A DNA stretch of 64,000 nucleotides from Hydrolagus affinis. Lineage: Eukaryota. Position numbers and translations under genes: made by a program. Shown here in pieces: positions 15,420 to 28,123 of the stretch; the first letter of the stretch is position 1, and each line of letters starts with the position of its first letter. The DNA is taken from contig JAAILG010001560.1 in the NCBI GenBank assembly GCA_012026655.1, forward strand, positions 1-64,000, read 5' to 3'. Below the pieces are notes generated by a model, which ran no database searches, was not told where the DNA came from, and saw only the letters and a list, made by a program, of their open reading frames with translations.

Positions 15420-15527
15420 AAATAATAATCCTTACATTTGATACTGTGCCTTATCACGTCTTCTAGACGTCTCAAAGTGCTTCACAGAATATACTGTAAA
15501 GTGAATTGACTATATTTGAGGGCGAAG
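15420..15527 (-). mobile_element. SINE 3' fragment
   Basis: aataataatccttacatttgata...ctcaaagtgcttcacagaatatactgtaaagtgaattgac. Confidence 0.8.
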
Positions 15528-15821
15528 TTGTAAAAGAAAAAAACCCTAAAATATAAGCTGATAACATCAATTTGAAATATGTTCTAAGTGTCCATACCAG
15601 AAATATATAACTAATTATATAGTTCATGTGAATTATGAGATGAAACTTGCACACAATGAAGAAAAGGCAAATTTCTAGTGGAATAACATTACCACAAGCT
15701 GTGCAATGTAATAAGAGAGATTCATTCCCATTACTTTTCAAGTTTGCAGAATTGACTGGGCTACCTTGAGCAGGGAACTCTCCTATTGAATAAACAGGAA
15801 ATGGAATACAAGTCACTTTGT

Positions 15822-16242
15822 ATTGCGCCTTGGGACGTCCTCCCGACGTGAAAGGCACTCTGTAAATGTAAGTTTGTTGTTATTGTTGTTGTATTGACTA
15901 TTTACAGGCCTATCATCCAAGGTGTAGAAAGTGTGCACAAGAGTGAAAATCTCCTAATAAAACATAAAATATACATGAGTCAGTCAGATCTATATAATTG
16001 AAATACTTGAGTGAGTAGGGAATAGTGATGTATAGGAGAGGGGCCTGGTAGGGGCAATTGGGATGTCCTCCCGACGTGAAAGGCTCCTCTATAAATGTAA
16101 TTTTGTTTTGTTGTATAAACACCGGCATGACTAGTTGGGCCAAATGGCCTGTTTTGGGGCGTCCTCCTGATGTGAAAGGCACTATACAAGTGTAATTTTG
16201 TTGTTGTTGTTTCATGCTGTAGAGTCTATGGGATTCTATGAT
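15822..16242 (+). mobile_element. Cluster of three L2 tails and one interrupted CR1-type tail
   Basis: L2 tails at about 15825-15892, 16058-16114 and 16155-16207. CR1-type tail halves at 16121-16154 and 16213-16241. Confidence 0.75.
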
Positions 16243-16449
16243 AAAGTAAAGCTGAAGAGTGTACTACCAACAACTCCACTATAGATATAAAAGTGTAATT
16301 AAATTAGTGACTACTTGACAAGCATTTGAAAATATTTCTGGAAGTCAACAAATTCCTCCAAGGATAATAAAATGAAGATTTCCCCCAAATCATGGTTGAA
16401 ACGGCTCCACTTTAGAAGCTTTGTATAGTAATTATTTTGGAATGACTTG

Positions 16450-19400
16450 TGCTTGTTCTCATTTTATTTTGTCTGATCCTTTGAAGTCAGAAATGCAACA
16501 TTTGTAATAACCCCAAAATATAGTTTCGAAAATAGAACTGCAAGTAATTGCCCATATAAAAGAGAAAAATAGTTCACCGCCAGGGTCTTTGATGGGCAGG
16601 GGAGGCAGTTAATTTTATAAGTCTCAAAATGAAACAGTGTTATCTGAGACTGCAAATGGTGCAATATGAGACAGGTCCAGACTTAATAGGGACTATAGAG
16701 GCTGAGAAGATAGTCAAGACATAGTCAAAATGTGGCATTGCCTGCAGGAATAGTCAAACTGAAAATGGTGGGCTAAATTTTGAAAACAAAATCTGGTCTT
16801 GTACATGTCATCACAAACATAAAATATCTTATTACTACTACTGTAATTGGTGTGATCTCAATTTTCATTATACTGTACTTTTCTTTCTTGCTAACTTTTT
16901 AAATATTCTGGGTTGGACTAAGTTTACAATTTTGGAGGTGGGGGGAATAAAATAAAATCTACAATACTTCTGTAGAGGGGTTAATACAATGGCACAGTGT
17001 GAATTTAAATAAAATGTTATAAGACCTCGTCAATTACATAACAAAAATGTACTTGCTGGGAATTGTCAAGTTGCTAATCAATTAAAACAATACTTAGGAT
17101 CCAGCTAACAGATATTTACTGAGTGAATGCAGATAATTTTTAATCCCACATCAGAGCAGACACTGCTTTTTCTAGCATAGGCACAACTGAATGACACATA
17201 AAATTATTTAAAGTGCAATTTCTTACTTATAGTTTTCTCCATTATGCAAATTCAGTATTTCAGTTTATAGTTCATTCTGCATATCTATATATCTATATAT
17301 AAGTATTATTTATACCTTATTTCATTATGAGCAAAATATTGCACTTGCATGGAGCATGACATTTTTAACACAGAATTATTTATATTTAGCAAATTATAAA
17401 TCTGCAAGGACCTGGGCAACACTGAACAACAAAGAAATCAGAGTATTCAGCTGCCATTATGACATTTACACATAACTTGTATGCATAATTCAAGTTGGCT
17501 ATTCTAAAATGTAGAACACCACAACAGGACACTTATCATGACATTTACGTGTCACTTTGTGCAGTCCTGATGCATCTTAGTGCTTGCTGAATAATGAAAT
17601 CTAAAGCCTCCATAACATCTTAACTCTTTTGCTTAACTTAAATTTTAGTTTACATTTGCATGTTATCAGGCAATCACTAAAATAAAATTGAGAATATCTA
17701 TGGATAATGTACCTTTTGTTAATTTGACAAATTAAAATAGTTTTACAAAAACTAAACTTCAAAAACTAAATGATATACAGTATTATAGTTTCGATTTGTC
17801 TGGTCCTGCTCAAATCATCAAGTTTACAAATGTGACAGAGTGAAGCTAAAAGGTTTTATGATCCAAATTGGTGAGTAGTCATACTCAACTGAAATCTTAT
17901 TCAGTGATGGATATAAGCAGTTCTCAGCAATGCTTATCATTTAATCATACCTTTGTGATGATTACACAATGCAAAAGGAAATAAACAGAACAATCTTATC
18001 TGGGAGTTCCTACAATAAAGATTTTGAGACACTTTTTTAAGGGTGGATTCTCTAATTTCTCGTCCACTTAGTTTCTCTGTAGAAATCCCATCCCCGCTGG
18101 AGATAATGGCAACCTGCTTCCTGGCTTCTGCCAAACAAAAAGGTTATTTCAACTTGCCTGCAACCTTATAGAGCTACTTGGAGCTTGCTGACTCCCCTTC
18201 GCCCTCACTACACTGGTATAAGAATGTTTGGTTCAGGACTTCAAAGTGGTTGCACCAACATATCCCTATTTTGAATCTCAAAACTGCACATCCCATAACA
18301 TGTGAACTACCCGTTGCTACTTTTTACACACGTTCACAATTTCTGATATAAGAATTGTAATTTTTCCATTACACATCAAAAATAAGTATAAAGGTTTGGT
18401 TTTCTATCAAATGACGAAATATTTAGCTCATTTTTTTCTGTGAAATACAGCTGTTGAGAACCTCTGGGACTTGCATATGATTTAGAAACTGAAAAGTTAT
18501 ATCTAACTGATTGATGGAGAGATCATATTTAATGTAATACATTACCAAAAATAATTCTGGACAGTCATTAAACCAAAGGATTAAATGGTATATTTGATGC
18601 TTGAGTTGCAACAACTGATACAGCTTCTTTCATTTATCTGTCAACAATTTGAATGGGAAGTCAAACATTCTTTCTACCATGATAACCTACAGTTTAGCAT
18701 CTATTTTAGTGATGCAATTACACAGAGATTGTGCAAACTTTTGTGTATGGTCTTGTAATCTCTGAAACTGGATTTTGAGACTGTACAATCTATTCACAGA
18801 GTATTAAAAGCCATACAGGAAGATTTTCACTCAAACTGTAGGTTTTCATGGTAAAAAGAATATCACCCCATCAGTTTGATTTGGGTTCAAACTTAGCATT
18901 TTATTGTAGCCATCGATGTTAAATATATAATAATAATAATTTAAAGATATTCTGAAGTAATTAACAGGAAAGGTAGCATGTCTGCTAACTAATGTCAGTG
19001 ACAGTGCAATCATCGATTTACTCAAAACCCAGGATTCATATTCCATCAAATAGACAAAGAATACAATTTCTTTCCAAGTTTTGCCTACAGACAGCAGTAT
19101 GGAGAAGAACTGGACTATTCATTCTGGTTGTACTCACTAAGATTCTAGCAAACAACATTACTAGTGGAGAGAGAGAATTAAACCAACTTGAGAATTAAAC
19201 CAACTTGAGAGAACCTTTTCCATTTTTAAACTGCCTCAGACTTCATCTCTTTCAAATAATAAGTACAGTAGAACAGGCATTATAATGCACAATTTTACTG
19301 TATAGCTTGCAGTATTATAGAAATCATACTTTTGAAAAAATTTAACTTCAATTTATTTTTAAGATTTTCGTTCAAAGCAAACAATGTAATCACCAGATTA

Positions 19401-19980
19401 CCTACTTTTAAAGCAAGGTAACCAGTTGTCTGTTCTGTTAAGGCTCTTTCTATTCATTGGAAAAATGTTCTTCCTGCTACAACAGATTCATGCAGTTTAA
19501 TTGAAATATAAGACATTTGTATTCGCTATTTTAAAGATAGTGCAACAAACCGTTCCACAGTTGCTTTGGGAATTTGTTAGAAATCCCACTAGTCATGACA
19601 CGAATAATCTTTTACTGCTGACTGATTCACATCCAGATCATTACAGATTCATAAACTGCACAGCTGCTAATCTTTTCTTGTCCTGCTCTTCTCCACCCTG
19701 GCAATTTTTCCCCTGTATTTTGAGCAAAACTTTCTTCCAAACCAAAATGCCACAAATCATAATAATGAATCGTTTCAAGAAACTCAAAGTGTTCAAAATG
19801 TCGAGACAGTAGCTAGTCGTTGCATCAGTCAGGTATGCAGGAGCTGGATTTAGAATCAGTTCCTTAGTGAGTTAAAAGTGGACCAGGTAAAAGCAAATAG
19901 TGCCAAGTCTAGGATGATAAAACTTTTATCCTGCAGGGTATCCTGCAATGGAAAATTTTAGTAACAGGGTTTGTCTAGCT
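16450..19980 (-). other. CCSER2: Probable CCSER2 3' UTR (true end uncertain)
   Basis: Directly follows the stop codon, AT-rich, no transposon that I recognise. Minus-strand AATAAA at 19352-19357, 18900-18905 and 16463-16468. Confidence 0.5.
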
Positions 19981-20928
19981 CTAAAAACTATAGTTTGAGG
20001 GGTTGGACACATGCATCTTTGGTTTAGGAAGGCGAGAATATCTGATGGAAGTTGCCATTTTCTCTATCTGGGATTCATGCTGCTGTCCAGGACGGTCGTT
20101 TCGGGATGATTGGGGTTTCTGTGGCTTGTTTATTGGTAGATACCGAAAGTGGGGCTCATTCTGGTGACGAGTTGCCTCAGCATTCTGATTCTCTCTGATT
20201 GGTGATGCAGACTCAATCGAGGCCCCGGCAGTCTTAGTCTTTAGAAGTGATGAATACAATGATGGTCGTAGTTTAGAGATTCTCTTTTGTTCATTGTTTT
20301 GGTTTGGCAGGTTTAAGGGTATTTTTAGCTGAGATTGATGACTCTTTTCTTTCGGGCCATGTCCAATGGTTGAAGATGGTTGAACTGGACATTTTGTAGG
20401 TAAAGGAATTGTTTGAGTGACTGGAGCAGCATTCTTTCTAGATCTTACGGAGAAAGGGGACGGCAATCGTGAAGACAAGTTCTGGGTTGCAATATTTAAA
20501 TCCTTAGAAGGCTGACATTGTCTAAAGGAAAATGTGGGCTGAGAGTCTTTATTTATGGTTTCTTCTGTGAATTCCAAAGGTCCAGCGATACAGATCTGCT
20601 GCAAAGAAGCCTGATTAGGACCATGTTCCTTAGATGAAAAGTTAGGCGGAATATTTAGAATCTGCTTGCCTGTATTGTGCACTTTGCTCTTTGGAAGATT
20701 TTCAACAGAATCTTCCATCGTCAACTGTGAGGCTAAAAGAAAGCTAAGCTTGTCTGAATCCATCTGTGGGGAATCAGTAACTTTTGCGTTTTGATTGGTT
20801 TGGCAGTTTTCGGACAAAGCTTGCTCCATACACCTACTGGGGTCCTCGATATGCACTGTTTTTGCTAGTTTTTCCACGTGGAAGTCGCTTGAGCTGAGTG
20901 TGTGGCTGGAAGGCTGTAGTACTGGAGG
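19981..20928 (-). CDS. CCSER2: CCSER2 terminal coding exon, long frame (315 aa plus stop)
   Basis: Longest ORF in the window. Acceptor ctaac...ttcttcttcctgcag|CCT. Blocks PPVLQPSS, QLTM, SKLRP and RYSRLPKPKMH match the recalled long human isoform (PQVLQPSS, QLTM, SKLRP, RYSRLPKPKIH). Confidence 0.9.
   Translation of the reverse strand, partial: PPVLQPSSHTLSSSDFHVEKLAKTVHIEDPSRCMEQALSENCQTNQNAKVTDSPQMDSDKLSFLLASQLTMEDSVENLPKSKVHNTGKQILNIPPNFSSKEHGPNQASLQQICIAGPLEFTEETINKDSQPTFSFRQCQPSKDLNIATQNLSSRLPSPFSVRSRKNAAPVTQTIPLPTKCPVQPSSTIGHGPKEKSHQSQLKIPLNLPNQNNEQKRISKLRPSLYSSLLKTKTAGASIESASPIRENQNAEATRHQNEPHFRYLPINKPQKPQSSRNDRPGQQHESQIEKMATSIRYSRLPKPKMHVSNPSNYSF
20834..20928 (-). CDS. CCSER2: CCSER2 terminal exon, alternative short frame used after the 85-nt exon
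   Basis: A|CC makes Thr, then SSTTAFQPHTQLKRLPRGKTSKNSAYRGPQ and TAG at 20836-20834. Recalled human short isoform ends TSSTTAFQQPSQTHRSHPGKTNKATTYRGPQ*. Confidence 0.83.
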
Positions 20929-23900
20929 CTGCAGGAAGAAGAAAAGCCATGTTAGAGCACTTTTACACATAAAATGCTTTTCTAAGACCAAACCTGTCCA
21001 ATCACCAGGACAGCCTACTTTATTTTGTTTCTATAGACCATGCATGAATAAAATCTAGAAGAAGGTATGGGTACTGGATGGAAGCAACATAATCATTTGA
21101 TTGAGAAACAAAAGCATTTGGAAGCAAATCACACAGGAATATTTAAAACTGTGGCACTTGTTTCGAGGATGAAGCATACAAGATGGATGGTGGAAGGATT
21201 TCTTTTAAAACTGGTAATATGAATATTTTCTGTCTAGCTGAAAATTCTACCATAAGATAACATGTCTGGGGTTATTGTTACCTGTGAATTTCTCTCCTCT
21301 CCTCGAGGAGTTTTGCCTTCTTTTTCCATGTGGCTTTAATACAGCAATTATGTTAAATTGCTCATTTCCTGTTACAACTTTTGTCACTTTACAGCTCAGA
21401 AGCAAACTTTGGCAATCTTCAACACTCAACTGCTATTCATTCCCCAAGCTCAGTTTTGCTCTTTTCTGATTGAATGTTTTCACTCCTATCCTTACCCAGC
21501 CTGTGCAGTGATCCTTGGGAATCTTTAACCCTACCTAAACTCATCCTGCTTTATTCTCTCTCATTTCTCTGCTCCTTATCCTAAACCTTTACTAACTTTT
21601 CCACTTATGGTGGGTGATTCACTCAACCCTTCTGTTACACAAGGTTTTTCCACTTCTCTGCTAGTCTCATGCAAGCATGTTGCGTATAAATTATCTCGCC
21701 ATTGACCACCATAAATAGATTAACCAGGTTTGGTAGTAATAAATTTATATCCTCGAATTAACATTTCGACATCAACTATCTGTGGCAATGATATTTGTGC
21801 AGAGATAAACTTAAACTGTGATTTAGAATGCTGTGACATGGACTCCTAAAATACCATCCAGTGAGAGTTTGGGAATATTTTAATAGGCATAGATATCTAC
21901 GGATACCTAAACGGAGAGTAAAGATGAATGAAACAATTAAAGGACAGTTCTGGTGGTCTTTTAGTTCACCCTCATTTGGCATAAATTGGCTACACAGCCT
22001 CTCATTCAAACATATCCTAAAAGGCCAGTTACAATGTTTATATTTCATTTGGATAGTTTTCCCCAAAAAAGCTGTTTATATAGGATTTTCGATATCTATT
22101 CATTAACAATTCATTACTATACCAAGTTAAGAGTGCACTCAATCAAGCTCAACTAAAAGGTTTAACCACGTCAAACACTTCTAACATTCAGTAAAAGCTA
22201 CACCACAGTAACAATCAAATATCTCAGTTAACATCATAAACTGCAAAGAGTAAGGCTGCTCGATTCACACTGCAGTTAAGTATAGATTCATTTCTGATTT
22301 CCCATCAAATGAAAGCTGAAAGTGCAGAATAAATCAGGTTTAAAACACATCAATTCAATTCAGAATACAACACCTCCCCAAACAACCACAGGAGATGGGT
22401 TTTTAGTATTAATGCATGGACTAAAGTATAAATAACCTTTGTTAAAAAAGACTGTAGTGCACTTTTAAAAAATTGGACTCTATTACTATAAAATTAAACC
22501 ATGTTGCTGTCAATAAATGGAGATTTGTGCATTCATTTAGTTGTGCATAAAGATAGGTTTCATAGTGTGATTTAACATAACCCCAAACTTTTTACTGACC
22601 TTATGAACAGTTAACCTATACATTATATTTTTGAAATAAACAATCAGAATGATTTAAAATCCCATATTTATATTATATTGGATGATATAGATATTTAGGT
22701 TTAAGTATGCTTTAAAAAAAACAGCATCACTAACTTTAACATCTTTATTTCATATGTTTGTTGATTTTAATTGGAGCATCTGTTTATAAAGCGTGAATAA
22801 AGGTGAGAGCTGCTTGGTGAATTTGCTGAGCTATCATTGAGGAGTCAAATTAATGTGGTAATTAACTTGCAGCACTTTGATAATCATGCCATTATAACTG
22901 TGTACATTAATCCCTTGAGTCACTCATACCAGGCAATCTCCCCTATGACAGCAGAAACAATTGTTTAAAGGTGAAATCTACAAAGAATAATCCTTCAAAA
23001 AAAATTCAGGATATTTTTTCTGAAGGAGGAAGATTTGCTTAAACACAGTACCGTTCTTGGAGCCTAGCTCCTGTACTTGGGTGCTTTAGTGAGTTACATT
23101 GCAGAGACTTTTGTAAATCCTACGTGGCCATACCTCATATGATAGTTCATGTTGGTAAGCTAGTTGGCCATGAAAGCATGACTGCAGACTCCAACTCACT
23201 CATCACCGGACATAGATGGATACAATTGGCATCATTGGGAATGAATTTTATGGATAAATATCAATTTAAAAATGCAAGGATGTTTATTATTATTTATTAT
23301 TATCCAATGAACCTTGGATGATTTTAAGTTTTCTCTACAACTACAGGAGACATATACCATGGAAATGAATGATTTTGATGGAGATGAATTTTGTTCTTGT
23401 TATACGTTGGGTACTTGTAACATGTAACTGTTATTGGGTACAGTAATAACCTAGAAATTTTGCGAATGATGTGCACAATCCTATTCATTTAAAACCATTA
23501 GAAACTTAGAAACAAAGACAAAAAATGTAGATTAATAATAATATATGTTTAATTAGCTGAAAGGTTGTTATGGCAGTTTTTTTAGGCAAGCTTTGTGCCC
23601 ATGCACAATTTTAACACATCACACAGAGGTTGAATCACAGAGGAGATGAATGTAAACTAATATTGACATAATAAAATGAAACCAACAGACAGCTGCATTC
23701 CATCTATCCTGAACCCATCTCTGTAAATTAACAGCCTGTTGAGTTCAACTGTTGGACTGAAAAAAAAGCGCCATGCACTGAGAAATTAATGAAGGTATTG
23801 TTTTAAGAAAATTTAAATCTAACATCAAAAGCCTGTTTTAATGAACAGATATTTCTTTTTTTTTCTAAAAAATCTCTTCAGTGTGTTCTATCTGAAAGAA

Positions 23901-24879
23901 TATAATTTACATTCTATGCATATACTCGAGGGCAATAATAATTGACCAATTATTTTACCACTTGTGTATCCGTTTTAAGCACCAAGGTAATGTGCTTGAA
24001 ACAAATTTTTGTAGCTTTTATATTAATCTGCATCGCTTCTAGAAAAAACAAAGATTGTTTTTTGCCTGCTGGTTTGTATTTGGGGCTAGTGGTAACTGAC
24101 CTTTTTTTTGTTGGTTTAGCTCTTCGATGTTTTAAAACACTTCCTTATAATAATAATAAACATCCTTGCATTTTTAAATTGATATTTATCCATAAAAATG
24201 TTCCACATCTGGGTATCAGATGAATAGTGACATAATTTGCTGCTCCTCTAATGTCAATTCCTGGGTGCTAAGAATGCGACTTTGCACAAAAAGCACCACT
24301 GGTACCCAAGTTATTTCTTCCAAATGTTTTTTTTCTTTGGAAGATATAAATTGATAAATGATGACTCAACCACAAACTAATGATTTTCTTGACAGTAGTA
24401 TTTTGTAATTGACGTTTGAGCAAAGTGTTTCTTGAAAACGCATTTATCTTTGTTAATTTTGTGAAATCAATTGTATAAAATAAAAATGCATTTTGATGCA
24501 CTTATGACATTTTTGTGGCACCAGCAAATTCCTGAAAAAAGCCACATTTGCGAAGATCACAGACTCATGGAATGCTCCAGATCTGCTGGAATTGTCCTCA
24601 TTATTCTGCTATATCGCAATTCCAAATCTTTACTGTGACTTAAAATTATCCTCTGTGCTCCTCCCAGTGATGTAGAATTGCTCAGTAAGCACAAGACTGC
24701 ATGAACAAGTCAGGTAGGAATCTACAGTATTCTGTAATATAGAAACTCACTGTCTGTATGTATTATACAAGATAATGAACACATATCACTGAATGAGGCA
24801 AGTGACTCAATTGAATAGATGTTTCAGATATCAACTGTGAGGTGAAAATGTCAGTGAATTGTGTTCATTACCTGAACAA

Positions 24880-25205
24880 GTAGCATAGGAACATTAGGCC
24901 CTTCAAACAGGTTTCACCAATTTATTTGATCTTGAAAGATCTTTTAATCCCATTGCCCTGTCCTTTCAAGATAATGTCTCTATTACCTCGCTCGCTTCTA
25001 AATACCAGTATTGATTCTGCCTTTAACAGCTTTCTGGGGCAAAACATTCCACATTTTCATAACACTCTGTGAATAAATGTTAGCTGAACTAAATTCTAAC
25101 AGTTTTAGTTCCAGTTTGAAAATTCTGTCCCTTGTAAGGAATCCCTCTACCACACCGAAGAGGCAGCCACCATCTAACCTATTAATTCCTTTCATTATTT
25201 TAATA
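24880..25205 (-). mobile_element. CR1 LINE 3' fragment (old)
   Basis: SQSVMKMWNVLPQKAV motif and CR1-like 3' tail. Confidence 0.7.
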
Positions 25206-26716
25206 GCTCAATCACATAGCAGGGGTTGCTGTAGACCAAAATATATTGCTTCATGCAGTGGCGCTTACAGTGTGATTAAGTTCACGGGAAATCTTAAGAC
25301 TTCACTACTTTGTTTTCATATATAGGTATATTTGCATGCTTGTGTATTGCACATAAAAAGCACATATAATTTGTGTAAAACTTCATCATACATTGATATA
25401 ATTCTGCCGTGTAGGATTAACAATACATGCAGGATTTTGTCATTCATGCAACATGCAGGCAGCAGTGCAATATTATTTAACTGTACTGTACCACGCTTTA
25501 TCATAGAAGTAATGGACAACATCCTCATATCCTTGCATCAGGTAATGGATAGGGAGAGACAAAGAAGACAAGGAAATGGACAGTGACTTCACAAACAAAC
25601 CAATGAATTACATCAAATAATTCGGAGCACTGGATTAACATTTTAATTTGTATAAAAAAAAGTCATTAACTTTAATATATAATTTCCCTTTTCTAATGGA
25701 AGATAATCCATAAAGATTTTCTTAATAACCATAATGTATTCTTTAGTTGGCCTGTGGAAGCTTCATTCTTTAATGCATTGTTGAGCACACTGAGCTCTTC
25801 TAGCAAATTAACTATTTAAAGAGCTGTGGAAAATGTTAGGAGTAATATTTATAATCAAAGTAGATTGGAAGCTGATTGATCTGTGAGACAGATTGGAAGC
25901 CGATCGACCTGTTTAATTTAGGAGTGAAAAAAATGAAGGGAGGCTTGTCAGTTCTGTGGTTAATACCCAGAGATGCTCTTTGTGATAATCTGTTCAGCAC
26001 ACAGGACCTCCTTCTTAGGAACTATATACCTTTTACTACAGTTCCCTTTGTCTAATGCAATAGCTACTCCATTCAGAAATCAGCAGTATGATGCAACAAT
26101 GCACAATTCATTAAGTCTGATATAACTACAAATAAACACACGGTTCTGCACAAAAAGTTTAGTGATTGTGTATTTTGTAGGTGAACACGGCAGTCAATTT
26201 GCGCACTGCAGTGTTCCACAAACAGCTGTATTAGGAATGACTATTTTTTCTCATGTTGCCTCTCTTTGGATTATACATCTCTAAAGACTGATAAAGAATG
26301 GCAGACAGTCTACTCCTAGGCTTTCTTCAAATGCAGTCTTGATGCAACTACAAAGAAGTAGCAGATCAACCTCCATCCTTGTGGGGAGGGTCCTCAACTA
26401 CTCCTGGCTGGTTAGAAACTCATAAAGTGCCACCGCTTTGCATGTTGTAAAGTGTGCTCCGCAATTTAAATTCTATGGTAACAGTTATTCATTTCCATTG
26501 TTCTTTTATTTATTTCATCAACCTCCTCAACCAACGAAAAGTATCACAAGGGATCCATCTCTTTAAACTGCTTATGTATATGGATTGCACTTTTCGAAAA
26601 ATATACAAAGGTACTACAATTTACAAAGAAACTTTAATCCTCTTTAATGATCAGCACTACCTTTCTAATAATCTGGAATCTTCAGAAGGAGCAAGGGTCT
26701 TTCTGAAAGTAACCAT

Positions 26717-26850
26717 AATAATAATACTCCTTGGATTTGATATAGCACCTTATCACATCTTCTAGACATCTCAAAGCACTTCACAAAATATACTGTAAAG
26801 CGAATTGACTATGTTTTGTGGACGAAACATGGTATGCCAATTGTGCACAT
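26717..26850 (-). mobile_element. SINE 3' fragment
   Basis: Matches the reverse complement of the 57864 family tail. Confidence 0.8.
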
Positions 26851-27289
26851 AATCTAATTTTATTATGATGTCTCTTATTCCAGATGCTTTTGACTATAAA
26901 ACAGCATGAAGGAGCAAGGGGAAAATTCTTGGGCTTCACAAATGAAATATTTCTCCTAAACCATAAATATTTTATAGTTCATATTGCAAATGTGTTGATG
27001 ATAGATTAATTATTTTGACTGCCCATTGCTTCTCAGCTGTCAAAGCCAGTGCATTGTAATAAAAGCCCCCTGCTAAAATGTTGACAAAAAGTAGTTTGAA
27101 TGTATTACTCATTGGAAATAAGAAGCTGTGGATTATCATAAATTATTATTTTTTTTAAAATGCAGGTCATTGCAATGTTTTTTCCCTAAATACATTTGTT
27201 CAGAAGCTTAACCCATATAATGTCAGTCAATACCATAAAACATGGTGACTGCAAGTTCTTTTTAAAAAGAAAATATTTAACTAGGACTA

Positions 27290-27460
27290 CCTTGTATTTG
27301 ATATAGTGCTTTTCATGTATTCTAGATGTCTCAAAGCGCTTCACAGAATACTGTATAGTGAATTGACTGTATATTTGCAGTCGAAATGCAGCAGCCAATT
27401 GCGCACAGCAGTGTCCCACAAACAATCATGGATTGAAGTTTTAATTTATTATTGTTATTA
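27290..27460 (-). mobile_element. SINE 3' half
   Basis: ctcaaagcgcttcacagaata...gccaattgcgcacagcagtgtcccacaaac. Confidence 0.82.
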
Positions 27461-28123
27461 TGATAATATCACAATTTAGCACATCACCATGTTTCAGATG
27501 TTTTCAGAATAAAGTTTAAAATGGACAATATGTTCATGTAATACTGTATGGAATGTTTACCACTTATTATTGCCTAACAATTAATTCAGAACAAGAAAAA
27601 TGAAGTATCGCTTCAGAATCTACTTGTGTTAGTTTACACTGTGTACAGCCATAAAATACATGTAATATCTAATTGCAGATTCATTGGGTGCTAAATATCT
27701 ACATATTTCAACTTCAGCATCAAAGTGGAGACTAAGAGTTGCTCTTCATCTAATTTGCGAAACATACATGTGCTACCTTTGATGTATTTTGCTGAACAGG
27801 ATTCCTAATATTTTTGAGAGGGGAGTTGGCATCATGCAGCATTCTAGTGAGGGAAGTTGCCATTAATAAATTTGTCACTTACTCTCTTTTACTACAAGCA
27901 AAGCACATGGCCACCCTTCACAGAATGATATTACCAACACTAGCAGCTTGTGTGTTCATCTCTCATGAGAATCATGTCCATTAAAAGCACACTACATCAC
28001 AATGATCTCAAAGTGTGTTTCCCATTGCCAAGCATGCTGACTATCACTCTTACACTCTTACTCAGGAATGCACAATCAAAGTGTGACATGTGTGCATGCG
28101 TCTGCCAGAATGGCTTCTGATTA

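Noticed and set aside
15822-16215. CRISPR-like spaced repeats
   Set aside because: Diverged LINE tails at irregular spacing in eukaryotic DNA, with no cas genes.
150-16400. Protein-coding genes among the short ORFs downstream of CCSER2
   Set aside because: No recognisable domains or coherent exon chains; they are random or transposon-derived ORFs.
19173-19210. Short tandem duplications (also about 6990-7038 and 25862-25911)
   Set aside because: Two-copy slippage duplications with no sign of function.
20929-20991. N-terminal 21 codons of the 336-aa ORF as a standalone gene start
   Set aside because: Non-ATG start; the stretch is the intron branch point and pyrimidine tract before the acceptor.
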